From NCBI GenBank assembly GCA_965216025.1, contig CBDCEX010000018.1, positions 7,808-71,807 of the forward strand: a DNA stretch of 64,000 nucleotides, given 5' to 3'. Below, piece after piece: positions 16,804 through 26,953 of the stretch (within the stretch, counting starts at the first letter, position 1; each line of letters begins with the position of its first letter). The translations under genes and the position numbers were made by a program. The DNA is from Dehalococcoidia bacterium (GTDB taxonomy: Bacteria > Chloroflexota > Dehalococcoidia > Lucifugimonadales > UBA3495). The notes beneath the pieces were generated by a model that worked only from the letters and a program-made list of their open reading frames with translations, was not told where the DNA came from and made no database searches.

Positions 16804-19800
16804 TGGTCTTCCCTATCCGGGACGATCCATGAAGGCATCGCCAGTAGTTGGCCATTCGTCAATCCAACCACTGTGTCGACGAGTTGCCGTGCGACGGCGC
16901 ACGAGTCTTCCCAATGGTCGAAGTACCCCAGGTATTCGGCCAAACGAGCCACCGTCATACCGAAGTGCCAAGAGAAGCCGGCGTCCGGTGGGAACGAGGC
17001 AATAAGAAATTCTTGCCAACGGTTGGGAAAATCATGCTTCAGCCAACACCACCGTTCTCTAGCTTCCCCAATGTCCGTCCAATGCTCGTACCACCCACGG
17101 TTAGACCGGTTTGCTTTTACCAGCCAACCAAAACTTTGAGTCCTGCCGACGATTTGTTTCACGGCAATGACTGCATCGTTACTGATCCGGAGCTGGTTGT
17201 CATCTAGCAAGTAGGGTCGTACAGCCTCCACCGCATCCCTGGCACGATCGGTTTCGGACCACCAGCACAGCCACGTGCATAGTGACTCGGACAACCTGTA
17301 TGGGACGTCGCCGCCCTCTCGTTGGATAAACTCACCGAGATCTTCTGGCGGGTACTTCAGACACTTTTCTCGGCTGATGCCATCTCTCATCGTCCAGCTG
17401 TGAGTATCCTCCTCGGAAGAACTGCGCATCGAACGTTCCACGTTCCCTAGTGAAAGCTTTGATGAGTACCGCGGCGTGAGCGCTACGACCTCTGCTGCTG
17501 GTTCGTATGATTGCCCGGCCCTTCGCTCGAGGAGTTCGATGGCGTCAGGGTCTATACAGGTGCTCACTAGAGCCCTAACATCCTGGTCGGTCAGGTTTCC
17601 GGTCGACACCAATTCTTTAAGCACCTGTTGGATGTCCGAGTATTGCTCGTTGTCCATCAGGAAGGTCAGGTAAGCGACTGCGAGGCCGGGGTCCAAGTGG
17701 AATATCCGGCTGCCGAGCTTGGAGGCTAGGTGGTTCGTCTCATCCCCGTCGGTGAACTCTCGCACTGCTCCAATTACGGGAGCCAGTCGGGCCCAGACCG
17801 TTCGCCTTGAATCCAAATGTTCACCGACGACCTCTATTACGTTCAGCGCGGTATCGAGGAGAATATCCTTGTGATAGCCGTAGGCGAGAAGGTTTTCGGA
17901 TGCTTGACGAAGATAGTCGAGCGCTCTCGCTGGCTGCTGGCGCCGAGCACAGATTGTGGCCAGCATTGCCAACGCGGCCGCCCGGTCACCGAACGGTTCG
18001 GTTGTGGTGGCAAATTCGTCGTCAAGCAGATCGCAAATCTTGATGGTCACTTCGTCGTCGACGGCAAGTGTGCCCTCGGCAATCCACTCGATCATGGGCC
18101 GTGAACCAGCAAATGGGTGGGATATTAACGATTGCACCTCCTCCCAGCTCAGCGTGGAACTACCACCGGTGGCACGCCGGGAGACCAGAAGATCCTCGGA
18201 GATTGTGCACAGTGCCCTCTTGAGTCCGTCAGCGCACTGGTAGTCGGCGAGTGGCGTTCGGAAAGGTGGAAAATCGAGGGAGTGGGTCGCGTCGTAGCCA
18301 GCGGTTACGGCGACTGTACCATTTAGGCGCCACTGTGCAACTATTTCCTCAGTGCCCAGCGCCAAGGATTCTAGACTAGATTTCAACCACGTTCGCATGT
18401 CTGCTGGCGCGGGCCATTGCTTGGCTTGGCCTGGGGACTGGAGTTCTTGGACCAACCAACAGAAGAACAGGTCGTGTACGTAATGCCCGACGTCCTGTTT
18501 ATACTCGTCGATGGCGAGCCTCCATTCGTCAACTGGAGGATCAGGGTTTGCTGGGACTGGCACGGCTGCATTCGGGTCTCGGAGTATCTGGTATACGGAA
18601 GGGTAAGGTGACACCATGGATTTGGTTTCCGCCTCGTCCAAGCGTATATCCTCGGAAATGCTGTCTACCGCGAGGTATCTTGACAGACACCGCTTGGATA
18701 AAGGTGCTGTTGGCCCCCTGAGCGCTTCGATCGCTGACTGTCTCCTGCCGGAATATCGCAGACCCCCTATCCAAGAGTCGACCAAAGAGGCCTGTGCAGT
18801 CTCCGAGGGAAGCTGGTTGATGAACTCTATGAACGACCTTGAGTCGTACCCGATCAAGCCTGCCAGTTCCGACAGGATCCCTGGCCGGTCCCTGTTTCCT
18901 TCCGATGTCTGAAAATTGTCCGATTCCCAATTGAGCCGACGACGTATTTGGTCGAAGCAATTCCCAGTATCGAATGAATTGCCTATTCCGTAGGAATAAA
19001 TCCCTAATGACGCAACTGCAGAATCGTTGAGTTCGGACAACCGCGTAATCTCTCGGGCGGCCAGTGCTTCTCGGCCTTCCATGGAAAGTTGCGCTTCGAA
19101 CATCCATCGCAAGGCATCGTACTGAATGGGAACCGTATGCTCCACGACGTCTGCCAAAATCCCGCGGTCTACGTATTTCGGGAAATCCTGGGCCTTGATG
19201 GACTCGTAAGCAGCCTCTTGCAGCATATTTGCAATTTCTGTCAATGAATCGCCGGCGGCAATGGCTTCGACCACCCACTGGCGGTCGGTGCCTTCCATGA
19301 GTGGTTTTGGGTCTCCCGCTTCGCGTTGCAGCAGCCACAAATTCGACCTGCGGAGGTAGGCCGGAGCCTTCTCTTCGAGCCACCTGATGGCGGCCTTCCG
19401 CAGTGCATCCCGACGCGACTCGAACTCGGGTTGTTCGAGGGCGAAGAGGAGTACGCTGTTGTGAAATGGCTGCCAGCCTATTCGGTTGTTCCATAACAGG
19501 TGCTGGACGGCGTCTACGCCGGCCGCACCGGTGGCCTGGTCGTACCCGGCTATTCGAAGGGTTTCGTGCAGGCCACTCAAGGGCCAATTAAACCTCGCGA
19601 TTGCAAGAAGGAACATCACGTCCCTAGCGTGTAGAGGGAGGTCGGCCCACAACGACCGGTAGTACTCCTCTACAGAGCTCGCTGGAGGTTCGGGAATCGC
19701 TTCAACTTCAGACGAGGTTAGATACTTACCTGCTCCCGCTATTCTTTCCACGATGTACCGAATCAGAAGGGGATGCCCCCCGGTGCGTTCGTGCAAGCTC

Positions 19801-21194
19801 TCAGCCAATTGAACGAGGTGCCATTCTTGGTTGCCCGCGAGCCACGTCGATGGCATCAGGTTATGGTGATGGTCGAGCCATTCCTTGATCGCTAACTTGT
19901 CCAGTGGTGGAAGCACAATCCAGCTGTTTCTCGGCGCGTACTTGATGAGGGATGCCGGGAGCTGTTTGTCCTGTACCGGTTGGGTGCCCACCACCAGGAC
20001 AATGCCTGGAGGTGCGGGTAGCAACTGGTCGAAGAGCTTGGTCAATTCATCCCGGGAGTCCTTGGCCCGCCAAACGTGATCGAGGCCGTCTACCACTATG
20101 ACCAAATGTTTACTCTCTGCTGACAGCCTTTCACCGATCTCTTCGAGCCAAATCCGAAGGTCCTGGGCAGGGTTTGGGTTCTGGGTGTCCAGCGCGGATA
20201 GATAAGGTCGCAGTTCAATTTGTAGGTCGGCCATGAGTGATTCGGCGATTCTGTGAGATTCCACTCTTTCCAAACGGTCCCGGCCGGGACCTAAAGAGTA
20301 ATGGTGTCTCACGACGTGGCAATCTGATTGGTGAAGTGAATTAACCAGATAACTGAGATACGTGCTTTTTCCTATACCTGGGCCTGCCGTCAAGACGATG
20401 ACGGGGTCGTTGCCGTCTATAACCCGCTGAAGTAAATCTTGATGACAATCTTTGTCCGCGAGTACGTAATCCGCCGGAACCTCCAGATCTTGGTTCAGCG
20501 GCGACAGTTGGGTCCATCCACAAGCGAGCCGGAGGTTCGAGATCCGGAGCTCGCCGTTTGGCGGGAGGTTTTCACACCTGATCCATGACCTAATTGCATC
20601 CATGAAACCCAGCCAGTTCGTCTCCGGCAGCCCCAGAGATTGGAAGTCTCGCTGCAGTCGTTCTTTCAGGTCGGTTAGTCCTTGCTCGGTGATCTCAAAG
20701 CAGAATCGCTCGATGAAATCATCCGCATCGTCCCCTAATATCGCCGTTATTTGATTCAAGACGTCGGGGCTGGTCTTGTCGACATCGATCCGTCCGGTGG
20801 CGGTAAGGAACAGGTCGTCACCAGCCTTGCGGTTGGAGAACAATCTAGGCTCGGTTCTGCCGTACTCCTGGTCAAGGGCCATGACAGAATCCCACCACTG
20901 TTGAATCAGCGTTGGGCTCTTTCCTTGGTTGCCACCGCGCAGCAGAGTCTTCCAAGTCAACGGATCGCCAGCCCGCAAGACGTCTGTGGAAAATTTCACC
21001 TGGGTCGCTTCCACAGTACCATCGATCCGGAGGACGACTACATCGTCCAGTTTACCGGCCTCTCGCGCCTCCAGCTTGATCCATTGATAAAGCGATGGAT
21101 TCTTCAGGAAGGTCAACATCGTTTTGGCGGCAACTAAATCTTGGTAATCGTCGCCGGACCTTCGCGTCGCTGTCCTGGTTCTACTCAGTGCCAT
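16800..21194 (-). CDS. STAND-class P-loop NTPase with N-terminal Cap4/DUF4297-like PD-(D/E)xK nuclease domain and long helical C-terminal region (Avs-like)
   Basis: N-terminus SGDDYQDLVA...KLDDVVVLRIDGTVEATQVKFS (a D...QxK pattern). Walker A LTAGPGIGKST (nt 20362-20391). Walker B HLVIVVDGLDHVW. About 1000 aa of helical-repeat-like sequence follows. Confidence 0.8.
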   Translation of the reverse strand: MALSRTRTATRRSGDDYQDLVAAKTMLTFLKNPSLYQWIKLEAREAGKLDDVVVLRIDGTVEATQVKFSTDVLRAGDPLTWKTLLRGGNQGKSPTLIQQWWDSVMALDQEYGRTEPRLFSNRKAGDDLFLTATGRIDVDKTSPDVLNQITAILGDDADDFIERFCFEITEQGLTDLKERLQRDFQSLGLPETNWLGFMDAIRSWIRCENLPPNGELRISNLRLACGWTQLSPLNQDLEVPADYVLADKDCHQDLLQRVIDGNDPVIVLTAGPGIGKSTYLSYLVNSLHQSDCHVVRHHYSLGPGRDRLERVESHRIAESLMADLQIELRPYLSALDTQNPNPAQDLRIWLEEIGERLSAESKHLVIVVDGLDHVWRAKDSRDELTKLFDQLLPAPPGIVLVVGTQPVQDKQLPASLIKYAPRNSWIVLPPLDKLAIKEWLDHHHNLMPSTWLAGNQEWHLVQLAESLHERTGGHPLLIRYIVERIAGAGKYLTSSEVEAIPEPPASSVEEYYRSLWADLPLHARDVMFLLAIARFNWPLSGLHETLRIAGYDQATGAAGVDAVQHLLWNNRIGWQPFHNSVLLFALEQPEFESRRDALRKAAIRWLEEKAPAYLRRSNLWLLQREAGDPKPLMEGTDRQWVVEAIAAGDSLTEIANMLQEAAYESIKAQDFPKYVDRGILADVVEHTVPIQYDALRWMFEAQLSMEGREALAAREITRLSELNDSAVASLGIYSYGIGNSFDTGNCFDQIRRRLNWESDNFQTSEGNRDRPGILSELAGLIGYDSRSFIEFINQLPSETAQASLVDSWIGGLRYSGRRQSAIEALRGPTAPLSKRCLSRYLAVDSISEDIRLDEAETKSMVSPYPSVYQILRDPNAAVPVPANPDPPVDEWRLAIDEYKQDVGHYVHDLFFCWLVQELQSPGQAKQWPAPADMRTWLKSSLESLALGTEEIVAQWRLNGTVAVTAGYDATHSLDFPPFRTPLADYQCADGLKRALCTISEDLLVSRRATGGSSTLSWEEVQSLISHPFAGSRPMIEWIAEGTLAVDDEVTIKICDLLDDEFATTTEPFGDRAAALAMLATICARRQQPARALDYLRQASENLLAYGYHKDILLDTALNVIEVVGEHLDSRRTVWARLAPVIGAVREFTDGDETNHLASKLGSRIFHLDPGLAVAYLTFLMDNEQYSDIQQVLKELVSTGNLTDQDVRALVSTCIDPDAIELLERRAGQSYEPAAEVVALTPRYSSKLSLGNVERSMRSSSEEDTHSWTMRDGISREKCLKYPPEDLGEFIQREGGDVPYRLSESLCTWLCWWSETDRARDAVEAVRPYLLDDNQLRISNDAVIAVKQIVGRTQSFGWLVKANRSNRGWYEHWTDIGEARERWCWLKHDFPNRWQEFLIASFPPDAGFSWHFGMTVARLAEYLGYFDHWEDSCAVARQLVDTVVGLTNGQLLAMPSWIVPDREDQ

Positions 21195-21339
21195 CTGACG
21201 ATAATCCCCGCAGCCATTTGGGATTGGTTACAGCTTCCTTTTCTGTGTTCATTCGGGTGACCGAGCTGGACCGGCCCACCCAGAAAGTGCTTATCATCAA
21301 AAATGAATGGTGAAAGCTAACAGGCTCAAGCGCAATTAG

Positions 21340-21969
21340 GTGAACCCCCGCTACCAAAGTAGCAGACGATCCCGACGACGAATAGGCCGTACCGTTAACG
21401 CTGTCTGTTCCTTATACTGTAACGGCGCCACTCTGCCTGATTATCTGCCGTCAGTCATCACGTCAGTGGCACACGATCACACCGCCCCAGTGGTCCAATA
21501 TCTCGGCGCCATTGACAGTAGCGAGTGTCCGAGACTGACAACATGGAAAATAGGAGCACAAACGACAATTGAGAGGTCTCCAAGCCTCGGTTCGATGTTC
21601 GGCTGCGTTGACAGCTTGCACAACTTGTCAACGGCACTTCAAGAAATTCTGGGGTATTTGCCGGACGATTCTGAATGGCCTACGATTCAGGAATCTGCAC
21701 CTTTTTCTGCATACGCAGAATGGGGACAGCGCAATAGCGTTACTGAGAAAGCCGAGAGAGGGGCAGTATGGATACATGCCACACCTGAAGGCGTCAAAAT
21801 GAACACTGATTTCCGCCCCAATTGGCCTGAATGTGGAGCGTCCGATTTTGATGCCAAGATAGCGGCTGGATGGCTGCTGGAACTGACCAAGAATTGGAAG
21901 TGGGATGCGAGTCGTAGTTCGGACGGCATAACCCGTTCGTCGCTATCGCGTCCAGGCAGTGACGGTTAG
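21340..21969 (+). CDS. hypothetical protein
   Basis: ORF only, in a lower-GC patch between the STAND gene and IS1380. The start is uncertain. Confidence 0.3.
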   Translation: MNPRYQSSRRSRRRIGRTVNAVCSLYCNGATLPDYLPSVITSVAHDHTAPVVQYLGAIDSSECPRLTTWKIGAQTTIERSPSLGSMFGCVDSLHNLSTALQEILGYLPDDSEWPTIQESAPFSAYAEWGQRNSVTEKAERGAVWIHATPEGVKMNTDFRPNWPECGASDFDAKIAAGWLLELTKNWKWDASRSSDGITRSSLSRPGSDG

Positions 21970-22288
21970 CCATAGCACAGAGAAAGGAACAGCGAGCCCG
22001 CACTGCCATTTGGGACATCCTGAATAACTTCTCAGTCGGGATTGCCCAGATCAAACTGATTCCTCCAACCATGTGACCCTGTGGGATGGCTCGAACTATA
22101 AAAGGGCAGCCTGAGGGCGTCAACTGCATCCGATTCACTCAACTGACCCACTCCCATAGGGTAACCACCCCCCTGACGAGCGTAAAAGTCTAGAATTGCC
22201 TGCCCCTGCCCAAGCGTCTCCCTCGGGGTGGTCTATTTACCCCGGACTACCCCATAACTGTCCGAAATACCTGTGCTCTCAAAGCAGG

Positions 22289-23221
22289 CTAGCCAGGTGC
22301 CAGCCGAAGCCGGCTGATCCGTTCTAGTATCCCGGTCAGCATTTCCCTGGTTACCAGCACCTCGGCAAGCTGAAACACCAGCCTCCTTGCGTGGCGTACC
22401 AGTCGCCCACCCGTCTTGATCAGCCTGGTCTGAAGACTGGTCAGAGTCCAGTGCTTCATATCCTCCGGCAACACCAGCCTTCTCATAAAGTTGCCCAGGT
22501 TGTAAGTCAGGACGAACAGCCATAGTCTCACCTGGTTGGCCACGAACTTGTGGCAGGAAAGCCGGGTCCAGTTCAGGGCGTACTTGCCCTCCTTGATCCA
22601 CTGCTCCGCCGTGCCACGGCCATTGTAAAAGCGGACTATTCCTTTGGGTGGATAGCTCAGGTTGGTCACGATGAAACCAACCCTGGGAAATAGCTCCCCC
22701 TGATGCCACTCTACTTTAGCCACCACTCGCCTGGGCAAGTGCCAACTCTGGGCCTGATAGGCAAAGTCATGGTAGGAGACGATAGGCTCCCGGGATGGCC
22801 ATTCGGTAGGACGCTCCAGCAAGGGTTGGATCTGCTCCTGAATTACCTGATTGGCGGGAAGCCGGATGGCGTACCCGATCTTTCCTTGTTCCAGATACTC
22901 GTATAGCTCCGGCTTGGCAAAAGCAGCGTCACCCCGGAACAGCAACCGCAGTCCTTTCTTCTGGTATCCTTTCACCACCGGCTCAAGGAGTTCCTGCCAG
23001 CCATCGGCACTATGCACGTTTCCGGGTCGTAGCGTCGCTCCTTCGCAATCCCCAAACTGGTTGAACAGAAAGAGGGGATGATAGCAGACACACTCGAAGT
23101 GCCCGTTGTAGGCGGCTCCTTCCTGCTGACCATGCACTGGACTCTCCGAACTGTCCATGTCCAGAATCACTCGCCGGTGTGGAGTGTGAGCCATGGCCAG
23201 CTCCACCCACTGGGGATTCAT
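22289..23221 (-). pseudogene. IS1380-family transposase, C-terminal part (separated from its N-terminal part by a MITE)
   Basis: VILDMDSSESPVHGQQEGAAYNGHFECVCYHPLF...FRGDAAFA...YNGRGTAEQWIKEGK is typical of IS1380 DDE transposases. Confidence 0.8.
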
Positions 23222-23232
23222 CAGGGCCAGCC

Positions 23233-23418
23233 CAGGGCAATCGCGTCTTAATCGCCCCCAGGTTTGGGACAGTGGCTCTTTGGGGTCTGACGAGTCCCGG
23301 AAGTCTTTCGATCTTTACGTGTTATAGTCAAAATAGCTGGGAAAGCATCGGAATATCTACCATTCGCTAGCCTTCTGTACCGAAGTTCGAAAAGGCAGTT
23401 TTAGACGCGATTGCCCTG
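23233..23418. mobile_element. 186-bp MITE with ISAs1-type terminal inverted repeats
   Basis: TIRs cagggcaatcgcgtctta and ttagacgcgattgccctg match the ISAs1 ends at 3643/4873. A perfect 10-bp target duplication agggccagcc lies at 23223-23232 and 23419-23428. No ORF inside. Confidence 0.8.
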
Positions 23419-23816
23419 AGGGCCAGCCCCTTTAGGTTGTCCTCTTGAGTCAGAGTCTCCGTCTCAAAACGGCTCATGGTGTTGGTTCTGGCGGCGTTGC
23501 GGTCTGAGCCTTGCCAGCCCACGACAACTCTCATGGCTGGGTCTTGGGAAAGACGTTCTGCATCGTTGGTATCATCGTAGCCGGCCAAGCGGCTGTAGAT
23601 GGACTGGCGGAGCAGAGGGACCAGGTGCTGGCGGATGTTGCGGCCGGTACGGCTTTCCTGGAGATAGTCGGAGGCTATGGGGGTAAGGTCCAGGGCGTCA
23701 TCCAGTTCTCGGAATGCCAGCAGTCCGGCGTCGGAGGTGATGGTGGCACCATGTAACTCCAGCCGGATTTGGGGATTGAATTGGAGCCGAAGAGAGGCCT
23801 TTTCGCGGTCACCCAT
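23419..23816 (-). pseudogene. IS1380-family transposase, N-terminal part
   Basis: LQFNPQIRLELHGATITSDAGLLAFRELDDALDL...RLAGYDDTNDAERL. It joins in frame to 22289..23221 when the MITE and one duplication copy are removed. Confidence 0.8.
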
Positions 23817-24209
23817 CGGGTGCCTCCAATGTCGGTACGCAAGTTATCTGAAATAGCCAACTTATTGCATGTATTATATCTGAAATACGGCTAAGAGATT
23901 CATGTAACGACTAGAAAAGCAAGAAAGTTGCCTATTTACCGCATCACTTGTTTGAGCCAAATGGGGAATACGGGCTTTAACTTCTTCCGGCAGCGCGGTG
24001 TTCATTATGGCTTCTTTCAATTTTGGAGATATTTCTCTTCGGAACCTACGCCGGGGGATAACTTCAGAAGCACCCTTGGCAGAAGACCAGCATTTTTCAG
24101 TCCATCCGACCTCCCGAAGAACCCCCGGTCGACCATGCCCGTCGTGACAAACAATGGGGTGCAAGTTCCAGTCCACAATATGGGCACCACATTTTTGAGG
24201 AGGTGTCCC

Positions 24210-25541
24210 ATGACGGACAACCCGAAGGAATATCCCTATCCCATCGGTCCGTTGGCGGAGTCGTTCCCACCGTTGTCCCCGGCGCGGCATGCCGCCCTGG
24301 TGGTCCGGATTGCCCAGCATAGTTTCCGTCCTGCCGTCATCGTCTGGAGGGAGGAGATCATTTTCGGAGTGGCACTCCTGAAGGCCTACAAAGAGGCTGG
24401 CGTGGAGCCCCGGTTCGAACAATTGGCCGACGATGCGGACCCGACCGAGGCTCTTGCCGCAGCGGCTATTCCTTTCCTGGAAATGGACAACAACGCGCGG
24501 GGGCGGGCAGCCTGGATGGCCTCAGAGTGGTCCACCCGGGGGAGGCCCCGGGATGAGGACCAAAATTCTGCAAATTTGCAGAATAAAACCCGGGCCGCCA
24601 TGGCCGAACGGTTCGGAGTAAGCGTCAGGCTCATCAACTATTTCGCCCAGGTCCTGTCAGAGAACAGCAAGGCCGTGCCGGCGTTGCAGCAGGCGGTGAG
24701 GGAGTGGAAGATCAAGGGGACGGACGCCGCCCGGGTGATATCCCGCCCGGCCGTGGTGCAGGAGAGGGCGGTGGAGCTGGTGATGAGCAAGGAAGTCCGG
24801 ACCGTCAGCCGGGCGGTGGAGCGGGTTGAGCGGGAGATGGCCGAGGCGGTGGAGGCGGCGGTCCTGGCGGACATGCTGGCGCAGCCATTGGATGAGACCA
24901 TGACCCTGCACGTGGCGCAGATCGCCGACATACTCCGGCTGGTCCCGGCCAACACCGTCGACGCCATCATCACCCATCCTCCTCAGGCCGAGGACAAGCT
25001 GTTCATGTACTCCGACCTGGCGGCTCTCGCAGCCCACGCCCTGAAGCCCTCCGGCTTCATGGCAGTGCTGGGTAACGGCATGCTTCTGCCCCGGATGCTG
25101 GCGCATCTGGAGCACGAGGGGATCAGGTGGATTATGGAGCAGGACGTCCTCTCCCAGGGGCCGCCGGATCGTTCCGGGCGCCCGTACTTCCTGGGCCTCC
25201 GCCGCAAGCCCCTGCTCGTCTACGGCAAGCCCGCCTTCCAGCCCGCCGGTGGGGACGACCTGATCACAGTTCCCCCGCCGGAGGAGTTGCCCGCAGGCCT
25301 CGACCGGAACGAGACCACCATGGACTTGATCGTCAAGAAGTTGTGCCGGTCCGGACAGACGGTCTGCGACCCGATAATGCTGGATCGGGCCGGCACGGCG
25401 CTGGGGGCGAGGAAGCAGGGCTGCACCTTCATCGGCGCCACGGAGCATCAGTCCTCTCGGGACCGCATCCGGAAGCGGATGATGGAAGCAGAAGTAGGCT
25501 GCGGTGGACAATCCGAAACCGGTTCACCCAGCGAAGGATGA
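24210..25541 (+). CDS. ParB-like N-terminal domain / beta-class DNA methyltransferase-like protein with degenerate catalytic motifs
   Basis: ATG at 24210 is preceded by GAGGAGG. The ParB-like segment is SPARHAALVVRIAQHSFRPAVIVW. Motif IV position reads DAIITHPPQ (expected DPPY). Motif I position reads DPIMLDRAGTALGARKQGCTFIGATEH (expected DPFxGSGTT...GRxxIGxE). Confidence 0.65.
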   Translation: MTDNPKEYPYPIGPLAESFPPLSPARHAALVVRIAQHSFRPAVIVWREEIIFGVALLKAYKEAGVEPRFEQLADDADPTEALAAAAIPFLEMDNNARGRAAWMASEWSTRGRPRDEDQNSANLQNKTRAAMAERFGVSVRLINYFAQVLSENSKAVPALQQAVREWKIKGTDAARVISRPAVVQERAVELVMSKEVRTVSRAVERVEREMAEAVEAAVLADMLAQPLDETMTLHVAQIADILRLVPANTVDAIITHPPQAEDKLFMYSDLAALAAHALKPSGFMAVLGNGMLLPRMLAHLEHEGIRWIMEQDVLSQGPPDRSGRPYFLGLRRKPLLVYGKPAFQPAGGDDLITVPPPEELPAGLDRNETTMDLIVKKLCRSGQTVCDPIMLDRAGTALGARKQGCTFIGATEHQSSRDRIRKRMMEAEVGCGGQSETGSPSEG

Positions 25542-25658
25542 GGGATATCGGGTCAGGCTGACTGGCAGAGATGATCTGGAATAGAGGTAGTTGAAGTCTT
25601 ACAATCACCCAACTACATGGTTACCTTGGGTTGAGGGTTACTAGTTGAGGGTTACTAA

Positions 25659-25931
25659 TTGATTAGAAACCAGAAGCGAGTTGCGCTGTCTAGAAAGACT
25701 AAAAGGAAACTACTTGAACCGGGTTACTGGGGTTCTCTGGAAGATGAGGAACTGGAGAGCATCCAAAGGGCCTTGGAAAACAATCCCAAGCTATCATTTG
25801 CTTGGGGCTTTCAACCGGTACAGAAAAGCAGAGCTCCCGATGCTATTCGGAGAGTGGCCATGTGGGGAGACCCTAAAGATAGGGAAATCAATACCAAGGT
25901 GATTCGTAGTAGCCTGATGCGGGTGTCATGA
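25659..25931 (+). CDS. hypothetical protein
   Basis: ORF only, in a lower-GC region. Preceded by a tandem repeat ttgagggttacta x2 (25631-25657). Confidence 0.3.
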   Translation: MIRNQKRVALSRKTKRKLLEPGYWGSLEDEELESIQRALENNPKLSFAWGFQPVQKSRAPDAIRRVAMWGDPKDREINTKVIRSSLMRVS

Positions 25932-26086
25932 AGAAGATTCCGATGGCTATGTTAGGATGGTGTTGGGATTACGGCAAATTGCTGGAGACTAAGTCAAAGC
26001 ATAGGAGCACGTCTCGGAGAGCCACTACTGGACTTCCACGGATGGCCCTTGCATTCTGAACAGAACTTTGAACAAAAGAGGATCGT

Positions 26087-26401
26087 ATGCCCACATTTGA
26101 CCAGGTGTCACTCCAAGAAGCCATGCTAAAGACCGCTACGGGTAAGACAGCTCAGACCACCCAAAAATATCTGGGCTACATCGGGCAGCTGACCGAGGGC
26201 CAGGCAGGGAGACTCCAACCAGAAGAGGATGAGAGCGTGACCAGCGTTCGGCGGCGGCTCGGTGTTGCAGCTAAGTTATCGGGCAAAGATATTACCATTA
26301 AACGGCAAGGGAACGAAGTGTACTTTTGGGTTCAAGAGGAGCCGAGGCCCCGGGGACAGCGGGGACAGCGTAGAGGATCCCAAAGTGTTCCGGAAGCTTA
26401 G
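26087..26401 (+). CDS. hypothetical protein
   Basis: ORF with an AAGAGGA RBS-like sequence upstream. No motif recognised. Confidence 0.35.
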   Translation: MPTFDQVSLQEAMLKTATGKTAQTTQKYLGYIGQLTEGQAGRLQPEEDESVTSVRRRLGVAAKLSGKDITIKRQGNEVYFWVQEEPRPRGQRGQRRGSQSVPEA

Positions 26402-26506
26402 GTAGTACATTGCAATTATTGGAAGAGTAACGAAAACGAGGGTTTCCCCGAGCGGGCTTTATATTGCAAAACGTTTTCCTACTCCTCGTTGGTCATGGTG
26501 CTGCTC

Positions 26507-26953
26507 CTAGTCAGTCCCCATCCCCAAGAGGCATTGGGCAGCGAAGACCGCCCCGGCTATAGCGAGGGCAAGGGGATAGTAGAGGTACACTGACGGGGAC
26601 CGCAGGCACTTCATCAATATGCCGATGGAGAAATCCACTGGAACAATTTGATAGACGTCTCCTAGCCCGTAAGTACCACTCCGTAGCTTCTCTAGCATGC
26701 ACTCATACGAGCCTCTGAATCGTCGCTCAAGGGATAAATAGTAGACGTCCAGTAGGAAGAACAGGGACAGCGGCACCAGGGCAATCAACGTGTACCACGG
26801 GACTCCGGTTCTAGCGGCTAAGAACAGCACGGCGGATAACGCCGTAATGCTCCACAATTTACAGGAACGGCTGTTCTCCGCCATGCGCTGGATAACTCCC
26901 TGCAACATCTCCAGATGGGACTGGACGGCGGATGCCCCGGCGGCAAAAGTCAC
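26507..26953 (-). CDS. small 3-TM membrane protein (SLATT/PycTM-like candidate effector)
   Basis: N-terminal amphipathic helix, then TM segments LWSITALSAVLFLAA, WYTLIALVPLSLFFLLDVYYL and VYLYYPLALAIAGAVFAAQCLL. The start overlaps the upstream stop by 4 nt. Confidence 0.65.
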   Translation of the reverse strand: MTFAAGASAVQSHLEMLQGVIQRMAENSRSCKLWSITALSAVLFLAARTGVPWYTLIALVPLSLFFLLDVYYLSLERRFRGSYECMLEKLRSGTYGLGDVYQIVPVDFSIGILMKCLRSPSVYLYYPLALAIAGAVFAAQCLLGMGTD

